From: Candidatus Terraquivivens tikiterensis
GTDB lineage: Archaea; Thermoproteota; Nitrososphaeria_A; Caldarchaeales; Wolframiiraptoraceae
Length of the DNA: 14,708 bases
NCBI GenBank assembly: GCA_003056285.1
Contig: NDWU01000028.1
Span: 1-14,708 of the forward strand
Direction of reading: 5' to 3'
Shown here in pieces: positions 7,373 through 14,024 of this stretch. The first letter of the stretch is position 1. Every line of letters begins with the position of its first letter. The translations under genes and the position numbers were made by a program. The notes under the pieces are model-generated. The model saw only the letters and a list, made by a program, of their open reading frames with translations. It searched no databases and was not told the origin of the DNA.

Positions 7373-7602
7373 ATGGAATACGAGGATCTCATTACTCCTA
7401 AGGAGGCTAGGGCCTTGCTAAAGGTCAGCAACAAGACTTTGTGGTCATGGTATAAGAAGGGTTTGATAAGGGCCGTAAGGCTTCCGACAGGAAAGCTCGG
7501 TACTACAGGAGCGGCATTGAGAGGGTCCTGAAGGGCGTGAGGGTGGAGGCGTTCGAGCATTGCTCAACGTTAGGCCTTTGCCCCAAACTTTTAGCGAGAT
7601 GA
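7373..7602 (+). pseudogene. Excisionase/MerR-type (HTH_17-like) DNA-binding protein, interrupted by a frameshift
   Basis: Frame 0 (7373-7531) reads MEYEDLITPKEARALLKVSNKTLWSWYKKGLIRAVRLPTGKL, then GTTGAALRGS and a stop. The family-typical continuation RYYRSGIERVLKG... is in the -1 frame starting at 7498 and runs to the stop at 7600-7602. This is consistent with loss of one base near CTC/CGG at 7496-7500. The ORF is below the 60-aa cutoff of the supplied track. Confidence 0.6.
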
Positions 7603-7677
7603 TGCATGCCTGGCGCTCGTGTACAAGAATACGTTGTAGAAACAGAGGCCCTGCATCTACCTAATCCAGTTTTCAAC

Positions 7678-7685
7678 GTTAAATC
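7678..7685 (+). promoter_or_regulatory. TATA-like box for the HTH/coiled-coil and KaiC-like operon
   Basis: GTTAAATC is centred ~26 nt upstream of ATG 7708. This supports the internal ATG (MSEEEISL...) as a leaderless start rather than the ATG at 7606. Confidence 0.4.
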
Positions 7686-7707
7686 CAAGCACGATCAACG
7701 ATATAGT

Positions 7708-8271
7708 ATGTCCGAAGAAGAGATAAGCCTGGCACCTGTCGGGCGGCAACAGATTCACAGGCTGGAGTCGGCGCTGCTGCTGGGCACGCTATTCAGGCCA
7801 GAGGTACTCGAGGCTCTAAGAAACCCTGAGGAAAGGCTGACGTGGGTCGATTCGCTGGCTGTAGCAGCGGCCGCGATAGCAAGGGAACGTGCTAAGATGA
7901 CGGTGAGCCAGATAGCCGAGGAGCTCGGAAGGGCTGAGCAGACGATCCGTAATCACATCCAGGGGAAGACGAAGGCCGGGCATTTCGTAAAAGAGACGTT
8001 GCAGCGCTTCATGAAAGAGGGCGTCAAGATACAGCTTCCTGCATCGATTTTCTCAGAGGCATCCGCCCAGACATTAGCTGAGGTCCCGGCCGATGCGGAG
8101 CGGCTAAAACAGGAAAGCGAGAGGTTGAGGCAAGAGGTGGAGAGCCTCAGGTCGCTGCTGGAAGAGGAGCAGAGGGCTAGGCGTAAAGTCGAGGAGGAGT
8201 TGGCTGGCTTAAAGGAAGTTATAACAAACGTCAGACGAATGCTTGAGGCCGCACTGAATCAGTTGCCATAG
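7708..8271 (+). CDS. HTH DNA-binding protein with C-terminal coiled coil
   Basis: The HTH-like segment MTVSQIAEELGRAEQTIRNHIQG lies at nt 7897-7965. A charged heptad segment ERLKQESERLRQEVESLRSLLEEEQRARRKVEEELAGLKEV lies at nt ~8092-8250. The ORF is open from 7606, but the first 34 codons (7606-7707) look non-coding and overlap the predicted promoter. Confidence 0.75.
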   Translation: MSEEEISLAPVGRQQIHRLESALLLGTLFRPEVLEALRNPEERLTWVDSLAVAAAAIARERAKMTVSQIAEELGRAEQTIRNHIQGKTKAGHFVKETLQRFMKEGVKIQLPASIFSEASAQTLAEVPADAERLKQESERLRQEVESLRSLLEEEQRARRKVEEELAGLKEVITNVRRMLEAALNQLP

Positions 8272-8286
8272 CTGGGTGGTGAAGAC

Positions 8287-9030
8287 ATGCCAGTCGAGCG
8301 CGTGCAAACCGGCATACCTGGGTTCGACGAGGTGCTGCATGGAGGAATACCACGAAGGAACGTAGTGCTGATCTCCGGCGGCCCGGGAACGGGTAAGTCT
8401 ATTCTGGGCCAGCAGTTCTTGTACGAGGGGCTAAAGCTAGGAGAGCCCGGAGTCCTCGTCGTGCTCGAGGAGCACCCTGTCCAGATACGGGTAGACATGG
8501 CCCAGTTCGGCTGGAAAGTAAAGGAATATGAGGAGAAGGGCTTGTTCGCCATAGTCGATGCTTTCACGGCCGGCATAGGGGAGGCTGCGAAGAAAGAGCG
8601 CTACGTCGTGAGAGCTCCGGACGACTTTAACTCTTTGGCTGACACCATGAGGCAGGCGATAAAAGACCTCCAGGCCCAGCGTGTCGTCGTCGATTCTGTC
8701 ACGACGCTCTACATAACCAAACCATTCCTGGCACGCTCGACAGTCCTCCAGCTCAAGAAGATCCTATCAGGATTGGGATGTACCTCGCTCCTCATCTCCC
8801 AAGTTAGCGTAACGGAGCGGGGCTTCGGCGGTCCTGGCGTCGAGCATGCCGTCGACGGCATAGTCCGCTTAGATTTGGACGAGGTTGACGGAGAGCTGAA
8901 AAGAAGCATACTAGTTTGGAAGATGCGCGGTACGAGTCACTCGATGCGCAGGCATCCCTTCGATATAACGGATAAGGGAATAGTAGTCTACGCAGATAAG
9001 TCTATCGCACCGTCGAGGATGGGTGAATAG
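8287..9030 (+). CDS. Single-domain KaiC-like / RecA-superfamily ATPase
   Basis: The N-terminus has the [31 protein letters not shown] Walker A block (nt 8377-8400). Walker B is RVVVDSV. LLISQV and the KMRGTSHS...[14 protein letters not shown]-terminal block are typical of the KaiC/RadA-paralog family. An SD-like GGTGGTGA (8275-8282) lies 4 nt upstream of the ATG, and the gene starts 15 nt after the upstream stop, so the two are probably co-transcribed. Confidence 0.9.
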   Translation: MPVERVQTGIPGFDEVLHGGIPRRNVVLISGGPGTGKSILGQQFLYEGLKLGEPGVLVVLEEHPVQIRVDMAQFGWKVKEYEEKGLFAIVDAFTAGIGEAAKKERYVVRAPDDFNSLADTMRQAIKDLQAQRVVVDSVTTLYITKPFLARSTVLQLKKILSGLGCTSLLISQVSVTERGFGGPGVEHAVDGIVRLDLDEVDGELKRSILVWKMRGTSHSMRRHPFDITDKGIVVYADKSIAPSRMGE

Positions 9031-9208
9031 CGTGGCCTTTGGGCGCCTTGTTCGTACAAGTCCTTAAACGCCATGCCGGAGAATCTTGGAAACCTGTTAA
9101 TCGTTGACCCGTGCCCTTCTCATACGGTTACCGTCTTAGAGCCAGCGAGGCGTATCGTGGGACCTGACAGCATGCATCTTCGGATCCATCAGATGCGGAG
9201 GTGATGGG

Positions 9209-9526
9209 TTAGGCAAGCCTCCTAGCGGCAACCCTCGCTAAGTCCATTACGAGGCAGGATGAAATGGGCCGGGCACCAGCCTTCTTCCTGTGAAGCTTGA
9301 TCCTTCCGCCCGTGAGCTGGCCGAGGAAGAAAGCTACTACGAACAGAGGTATGAGGACTGGGTCAACCCCGCTCATGAACCTCAGCGCGAATATCAAAGG
9401 CACGGGCAAGTGGATGGCCATTATCCACTGCTTCGAGAACCTCTTCGTATCCGCTCTCCAATAACCGAACGGCACATTCAGTAAATAGACGAACGCTAGG
9501 AGGGATGCCAGGAGTGAGGCTGACAA
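9209..9526 (-). CDS. Small hypothetical membrane protein (about 3 TM helices)
   Basis: 105-aa ORF with a TTG start. Hydrophobic helices are SLLASLLAFVYLL, WIMAIHLPVPLIFALRF and LIPLFVVAFFLGQL, with basic loops between them. I did not recognise a family, and the start codon is uncertain. Confidence 0.55.
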   Translation of the reverse strand: MSASLLASLLAFVYLLNVPFGYWRADTKRFSKQWIMAIHLPVPLIFALRFMSGVDPVLIPLFVVAFFLGQLTGGRIKLHRKKAGARPISSCLVMDLARVAARRLA

Positions 9527-10084
9527 ATCGCGTCCGTTAAATGTTTTGGTACTGTCTGGGATTTATGTTTTACACAGAGCATCCCTTTTCTTCTTAGTAG
9601 ATGCTCGACGGAGAAGGGCGTCGTGGGTACATCGCGGATCTTTGCCCGCCGTAGGAAACAATAACATAAACAGGCATAGGATCTTGAGCGATTTGTCGTA
9701 AAAGCGCGGACAGAATGATGATGCTGTTAAGCTTGAGATGTGGGGGACTTTCCCCATACGTATGACCCCAAGCTCGAAAGGGCATGGAAGAAGACGTACG
9801 GGGCGGGTTCGACCCGAAGGGCGATGCCGGCCTCCCATGAGCCAAGAGGAGGACAAGGTCTACGTAGAGGCCAGAACCCTAACCTTACCCTATTATTTTA
9901 TTAAAGCTCTTTGGGGATGACTGCTCACGGCATCCGAAGGCTAAGACCGCAGGATACCTCAAAACGTTAAACAAAATCCCTTGCGCCATCCGTGAGCCTT
10001 CGCATAACCAACAATAAACGGAGAATTTTTAGCCAATTGCTCAAGAAATTATCACAAGAACTTCATAAAATCGAGCGTTTAAAG

Positions 10085-10094
10085 TTTATATATT
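10085..10094 (+). promoter_or_regulatory. TATA box for the ArsR-family gene
   Basis: TTTATATATT is centred ~27 nt upstream of ATG 10117, consistent with a leaderless transcript. Confidence 0.45.
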
Positions 10095-10116
10095 AATTTT
10101 TTATTGTAAAAATGTA

Positions 10117-10431
10117 ATGTCAAGTTTATTTACTGAAGAGCAGCTGGAGCGCGTCTCAAAGCTCTTCGGTGCATTGGGCAACAAGACTAGGCTCAGGATG
10201 CTCTTGATGGTGGCCGAAAGCAAGAGGCCGCTCCACATAAAGGCGATCGCAAAGGGCCTAAGGATGGACTATGCTGCCGTCTATAGGCACGTGAAGGTGC
10301 TCGAGGGAGCCGGCATAGTCGAGGTATACGAGGTCGGTAGGTCTAGGGTCCTTTCGCTCAAGAACCAAGGCTGGCTAATCGAGCTACTCTCAAAAACGAT
10401 TGAAACAATTCGGGTAAATGAGCTCGTATAA
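10117..10431 (+). CDS. ArsR/SmtB-family winged-HTH transcriptional regulator
   Basis: LFGALGNKTRLRMLLMVAESKRPLHIKAIAKGLRMDYAAVYRHVKVLEGAGIVEVYEVGR matches the ArsR HTH_20 pattern (xxLadptRlriLxxL...sxxxvsxHLkxLxxaGlv). The protein contains no cysteine at all, so it lacks the ELCVCDL-type Cys metal site and is not an obvious thiolate metal sensor. Confidence 0.85.
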   Translation: MSSLFTEEQLERVSKLFGALGNKTRLRMLLMVAESKRPLHIKAIAKGLRMDYAAVYRHVKVLEGAGIVEVYEVGRSRVLSLKNQGWLIELLSKTIETIRVNELV

Positions 10432-10525
10432 TTTAAAATATAATTTGCCAAAATTGTCATATTAATTTAACAGAAAGATTTTTATAACTAAACGAATAAG
10501 ATAAAACAAGTTACGAGGGGTCGTC

Positions 10526-11107
10526 TTGAACTCTAGGTGTTGGGCCTTCGCGGCGATGATGGGAGCCTTAGGAAACGCTTTGGCGGCTTTAACGGTCATT
10601 CCGACGATGGTCCAGCAGGTTGCGCTCGACTTTTCCCTCCTTCCCGCTATCATTGCCGGCATATACGGAGGCTGGGCCTTGGGTGGCCTGACCGGCTTCA
10701 TAGCAGGGATCCTTCCCTCTATATGGTTCGGGCCTCTTGGAAGCCTTGGGCCCTTGGGCATAACCGCCTGCATAGGAAAGGCCATTATGGGCATCACGGT
10801 CGGCCTGCTCTCAAGAGCCTTCAAGAGGTGGCTTGACAAGAGGACTTGGCTTTATGTACCATTGGTGGCTGTAGCCTTCCTGCCAGAGGCTGTTTGGATA
10901 TACATAGTCTTTGCTGTCATGGTACCGCTCTTCCTGCCGGCTGCGCCTGCCTTTCTGCCAGGCTTATGGGCACCGATACTCCTGAAGGGCTCTTTCGAGG
11001 TAGCCGTGATGGGGTTCTTTACTGCAGCCCTCGCAGGCCACAACGGCTTCAAGAGCCAGATCCTCTCATTCCTAACACCTCAAACGCTACCCGTTAAGAA
11101 AACCTGA
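10526..11107 (+). CDS. Polytopic membrane protein, ECF-transporter S-component-like
   Basis: 193-aa ORF with 5-6 hydrophobic helices. The segment VALDFSLLPAIIAGIYGGWALGGLTG resembles the S-component signature (xDLsxhPhhhxxhhxGxxxG). TTTATAA at 10481-10487 and GAGGGG at 10515-10520 precede the TTG start at 10526. An ATG at 10556 is an alternative start but would truncate TM1. Confidence 0.65.
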   Translation: MNSRCWAFAAMMGALGNALAALTVIPTMVQQVALDFSLLPAIIAGIYGGWALGGLTGFIAGILPSIWFGPLGSLGPLGITACIGKAIMGITVGLLSRAFKRWLDKRTWLYVPLVAVAFLPEAVWIYIVFAVMVPLFLPAAPAFLPGLWAPILLKGSFEVAVMGFFTAALAGHNGFKSQILSFLTPQTLPVKKT

Positions 11108-11181
11108 AAAACACATTTTTACCCAAAAATAGGTAGAAACTAAAGTTTAAGTAAATCTTTAGTATACCATACTCCGGCGGC

Positions 11182-11877
11182 ATGGAGCACGAAAAGCCTT
11201 CGAGGAGCCTAATGGTCGCCGTCGCGGCCATGTTCGGAGGACTTTCCTCTGCCGTTACCATGCTGAGGCTCAGCTTTCCGTTTCCGCCCCTGCCTTACCT
11301 TAAGTTTGACCTAGCGGAGCTACCGGTCATCTTTTCTTTCTTGGCTTTTGGGCCAACACTGGGCCTTTTTACGTCGCTCGTGTACTGGGCGGCGTTAACC
11401 CTCATGACGGTCGGTGAGTGGCTTTGGCCTATAGGTCCCTTCATGAAGTTCTTGGCGGTAGTCTCGATGCTTGCAGGGATCTGGGCGGGTTCAAGAGGGC
11501 TCGTGAACTCTAAGAGATACGGCATCGGCCTGCTCATGCTCCGCATGGGTCTGCTTTCAGCATCGGTCAGGGCGGCCATCATGGGTGTGATGAATTACGT
11601 AATATTGGTCATAGTGGCGCCGGAGTCCCTTGCCTTCGTTAATTCATTGCTTTCGGCGACGCTGGGCTTGAGGCTAGGCTCCGAGGCCGAGCTGATCACC
11701 CTCGTCATAGCGCTTACGGCGGCCTATAACGTAGCCCACGCAGCCTTATCCTTGGTGCCCCCGGCCGTAGCCGTCCAAAGTGTTGAAAGGATAGGTGCCT
11801 TCTATAGGATGGCTGGTGGCTCTTGGATGGGAAACCTCGTGGAAAGGCGGGCAGTAGCTCATAAATACATGGATTGA
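11182..11877 (+). CDS. Polytopic membrane protein, ECF-transporter S-component-like
   Basis: 231-aa ORF with ~6 TM helices. LKFDLAELPVIFSFLAFGPTLGLFTSLVY closely resembles the conserved loop1/TM2 motif of ECF S components (RibU/ECF_trnsprt type). A TATA-like TTTAAGTAAA at 11146-11155 lies ~27-31 nt upstream of the ATG. Confidence 0.7.
   Translation: MEHEKPSRSLMVAVAAMFGGLSSAVTMLRLSFPFPPLPYLKFDLAELPVIFSFLAFGPTLGLFTSLVYWAALTLMTVGEWLWPIGPFMKFLAVVSMLAGIWAGSRGLVNSKRYGIGLLMLRMGLLSASVRAAIMGVMNYVILVIVAPESLAFVNSLLSATLGLRLGSEAELITLVIALTAAYNVAHAALSLVPPAVAVQSVERIGAFYRMAGGSWMGNLVERRAVAHKYMD
11861..11869 (+). promoter_or_regulatory. Possible internal TATA box for nikR inside the 3' end of the upstream gene
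   Basis: ATAAATACA is centred ~29 nt upstream of ATG 11894. nikR could therefore be leaderless with its own promoter as well as read through from the upstream gene. Confidence 0.3.
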
Positions 11878-11893
11878 TTCTTAATTTTTAGAT

Positions 11894-12301
11894 ATGGTTA
11901 GAAGGGGCGTAGCCAGGGTTAGCATATCCATACCGCCCGACTTGCTGAAAGAGCTTGACAGCATGCTCGAGAAGGTAGGCTACGATAGGTCGAGGGCCGT
12001 GCAGATAGCGATAAGGAACTTCCTAACGGAATACAGATGGGTCCACGAGCAAGGCGAGGTTGCGGGTGCCCTCCTGCTACTATACGACCATAAGAGGAGG
12101 GGCGTGGAGGAATCTTTGACCGACATCCAGCACGAGCACGGAAGCGTCATCACGTCTACGATGCACATACATCTAGACGAGGACAACTGCTTGGAGATAG
12201 TTGCTGTGAGGGGGAGCTCGAGGAGCATAAAGGAGCTCGCAGAAAAGATGATGAGAGAAAAGGGCGTAAAGCAGCTCAAGCTGGCCATCCTCGCATCGTA
12301 G
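11894..12301 (+). CDS. nikR: Nickel-responsive regulator NikR (ribbon-helix-helix plus C-terminal metal-binding domain)
   Basis: The N-terminal RHH segment is RVSISIPPDLLKELDSMLEKVGYDRSRAVQIAIRNFL. The C-terminal block QHEHGSVITSTMHIHLDEDNCLEIVAVRG parallels the NikR high-affinity Ni-site region (His/His/Cys pattern HxH...HxHxxxxxCLE). Confidence 0.9.
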   Translation: MVRRGVARVSISIPPDLLKELDSMLEKVGYDRSRAVQIAIRNFLTEYRWVHEQGEVAGALLLLYDHKRRGVEESLTDIQHEHGSVITSTMHIHLDEDNCLEIVAVRGSSRSIKELAEKMMREKGVKQLKLAILAS

Positions 12302-12324
12302 GCTCGGAAAGCATACCTTGTCGA

Positions 12325-13284
12325 TCAGCTCAGCATCTTCATGAGCCCTTCTGCCACCTCGAAGGCCTTTTTCATGGTTTGCTCCGGCAACCTTCCGGCC
12401 GCGCAGGCCTCCCTTGGCTCCTCCTGGTCGATCATGCTCGGCTCCTTCCCAAAAGGCTTCACGACGTCCACACCGAGGTCCACGTACTTGACGTAAGTGT
12501 CGTACATCTCTATCGGCGTGCATACGCTGTAGTACTCGCCCTTGAGGTTGCCGTTCAAGGAGTAGTACTTCGTGGCCGTATACATGCACCCCTTCCTAAG
12601 CTCGGTTATGGCATAGTCCCCTGGCGACTTCGGTATGTTGAGGCCATCGTACACGCCTCCCCCGATTATCCTCCTCTGAACCTTAACGACGCCCTCTTTC
12701 CTCCATACAACCCTGGCCGGGCCGATGACGATGTTCCTTCCGTTCAGCTTCGAGTGGACTATACGTATAAGGCTACCGAGCCTGGGCGTCAGTCTGGATA
12801 CGTGCTCCCTAAACACCGGATAAACCTTTTCCGGTTGGAGGAGGCCTTCCTCGAGCATCTGCTCCGCGAAAGAAACCATCAGCGAAAGCCCCTCGCTACC
12901 AGCCCTACAGAAGTGGTGCCAAGGTACGGTATAGGTTACCTCGCTCCTGAGCACGTCGAGCTCCAGCTTCGCGTCCAGCGGGAACGCGGCTACGAGTTGG
13001 ACGAGGTCGTGAGAGCTTTTGGTCTTCATCACATCTCCGACGAATATCGTGGACGGGACGCCCATTTTTAGTACATCGACGAACTCTTCCACGTATTCCA
13101 TTTTTCCCAAGATTTTAATGGCATGCTTATCCTGCGTATCGCTCAGCACCACGTCTGGCGATTCCATGGTCCATGTCTCAAACCTTTCTTTTTGGGACGG
13201 CGTTGGCGAGGATATTTCGTGCCCGCTCTTGAAAATAAGCCTCAATAACGCAGTAGAGTATATCCCCCTAGCCATAACTTTCAA
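12325..13284 (-). CDS. FAU-1 / RNase E-G-like RNA-binding protein with C-terminal DUF402 domain
   Basis: The N-terminus (MKV)MARGIYSTALLRLIFKSGHEI matches the FAU-1-type start (xRGIYxTALTxLh). The C-terminal YYSVCTPIEMYDTYVKYVDLGVDVV fits the DUF402 pattern (Y.nh.tP......h.yhDL.hDh). The start is TTG 13284 or ATG 13275; each has a TATA-like box at the appropriate distance. Confidence 0.72.
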   Translation of the reverse strand: MKVMARGIYSTALLRLIFKSGHEISSPTPSQKERFETWTMESPDVVLSDTQDKHAIKILGKMEYVEEFVDVLKMGVPSTIFVGDVMKTKSSHDLVQLVAAFPLDAKLELDVLRSEVTYTVPWHHFCRAGSEGLSLMVSFAEQMLEEGLLQPEKVYPVFREHVSRLTPRLGSLIRIVHSKLNGRNIVIGPARVVWRKEGVVKVQRRIIGGGVYDGLNIPKSPGDYAITELRKGCMYTATKYYSLNGNLKGEYYSVCTPIEMYDTYVKYVDLGVDVVKPFGKEPSMIDQEEPREACAAGRLPEQTMKKAFEVAEGLMKMLS

Positions 13285-13367
13285 TTTGCCTATTCACCAT
13301 TAAAGAGCAATATAGATAACGATTACATATACCGACGGGTCGGCAGTTGCCGAGGCCTGCCAATGCA

Positions 13368-13649
13368 TCATTGCTGAGCAGCCCTTACAGTTTCTAGCAA
13401 CGACATCGCCATCCAAAGCTGGGTTCTCGTGAAAGGCGGCATATTCGGGTCGGAGATTATCTCGTCGATTATCTCGATGGCGTTCGCCGCCCTTACGGCC
13501 GGTATGAACCTTTCGTCGAAAAGAGCCTCGCTAGCAGATTTGGCCGCCCTCCTTATGTTCCTGGGCGTACCGGTATCGTTCGCTATAGCCTCAAGTATCT
13601 GAACTATCTGCTGCCTTTTCTCCTCCCATGCTTGCTTAGATTCGGACAT
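13368..13649 (-). CDS. UPF0147 family protein (conserved archaeal small protein)
   Basis: DTGTPRNIRRAAKSASEALFDE...RAANAIEIIDEIISDPNMPPFTRTQLW matches the UPF0147 signature (vPRNIRRaA...LDEIsnDPNmP..tRT). The ORF is open to ATG 13715 (115 aa). The internal ATG at 13649 is preceded by GGAGG with a 10-nt spacer and gives the family-typical ~93 aa. A TATA-like CTATAAATAG lies at ~13756-13765. Confidence 0.8.
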   Translation of the reverse strand: MSESKQAWEEKRQQIVQILEAIANDTGTPRNIRRAAKSASEALFDERFIPAVRAANAIEIIDEIISDPNMPPFTRTQLWMAMSLLETVRAAQQ

Positions 13650-14024
13650 CAAGAGCAAACCTCCTTCTTGAGCCGGCATAAGTTTTTCTTCTTTTTGAGT
13701 TAGCTTAGGCGACATTTAAGAATTTCGGGTTTAACATCGTGAGCAGAAACCACGCTATTTATAGGCGGGATGAAGGCGAGCAGCATTTTCCCTCCTGCTT
13801 CTACTTTTGCGTAGGGTTAGGATGTGCGGGATCGGGTCATGTCGTTAGGAAGGAAGCCGCTGGCTTAAGCCGTCGTGTAGCTCACTTGGAAATGCTAAAT
13901 TAAAAATTCTGAAGGTCTGGTTCCCAGGCTCAGCTACGGGCCGTTTAGCTCTGGAGGCTTAACGTTTGAGTTTTCCGCTGACCATGCCACGGACGGTAGA
14001 TGTATTTTTGAAGCTAAAAACTAA

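Noticed and set aside
7318-7688. Minus-strand ORFs 7318-7560 and 7503-7688.
   Set aside because: They are antisense to the excisionase-like HTH reading frames and to the promoter of the next operon, and they show no recognisable motifs.
9073-9204. 43-aa plus-strand ORF (MPENLGNLLIVDPCPSHTVTVLEPARRIVGPDSMHLRIHQMRR) downstream of the KaiC-like gene.
   Set aside because: It has no TATA or SD context and no recognisable motif, and it lies in a convergent intergenic gap. It cannot be distinguished from chance.
7256-9208. Calling this stretch an integrated mobile element.
   Set aside because: No integrase or partitioned int fragments were found. No direct repeat of the tRNA 3' segment (7226-7255) appears anywhere in the window. 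The idea is kept as a hypothesis in the findings, not as a feature.
9715-9721. Perfect C-box (ATGATGA) suggesting a C/D-box sRNA.
   Set aside because: No CTGA D or D' box lies at the required spacing (only TGAG or ATGA-like degenerate matches). No terminal stem flanks the element.
9741-9756. Minus-strand GGGGAAAGTCCCC resembling RNase P RNA CR-I (GAGGAAAGUCC).
   Set aside because: The sequence is simply a self-complementary hairpin (GGGGA-N3-TCCCC). No CR-V-type ACAGAA…GGCUUA partner able to form P4 is present, and no SRP helix-8 motif was found either.
9563-9920. Three overlapping ORFs (9563-9856 minus, 9594-9845 minus, 9738-9920 plus).
   Set aside because: They overlap in different frames and on different strands, and their translations are Arg/Pro/Ser/Gly-rich without protein-like patterns. 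They are better explained by the high GC of a structured non-coding block.
10537-11097. Alternative-frame ORFs inside the first S-component-like gene (10537-10836, 10846-11097, 10462-10839 minus, 10852-11052 minus).
   Set aside because: Their composition is Arg/Gly/Pro-rich and not membrane- or globular-protein-like. The 10526-11107 frame gives a coherent multi-TM protein.
12173-13071. ORFs 12173-12589 (minus, 138 aa) and 12379-13071 (plus, 230 aa).
   Set aside because: They are out-of-frame or antisense overlaps of nikR and the FAU-1/DUF402 gene. Their translations are very Arg/His/Leu-rich, and they have no independent start context.
13938-13951. GGGCCGTTTAGCTC, which looks like a tRNA 5' acceptor plus D-arm start, within the 310-nt intergenic region 13716-14024.
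   Set aside because: No complementary 3' acceptor strand, T arm or anticodon arm can be drawn downstream. The nearby GTAGCT/AGCTAC inverted repeat (13878-13937) flanks an AT-rich loop and is more likely promoter or terminator context.
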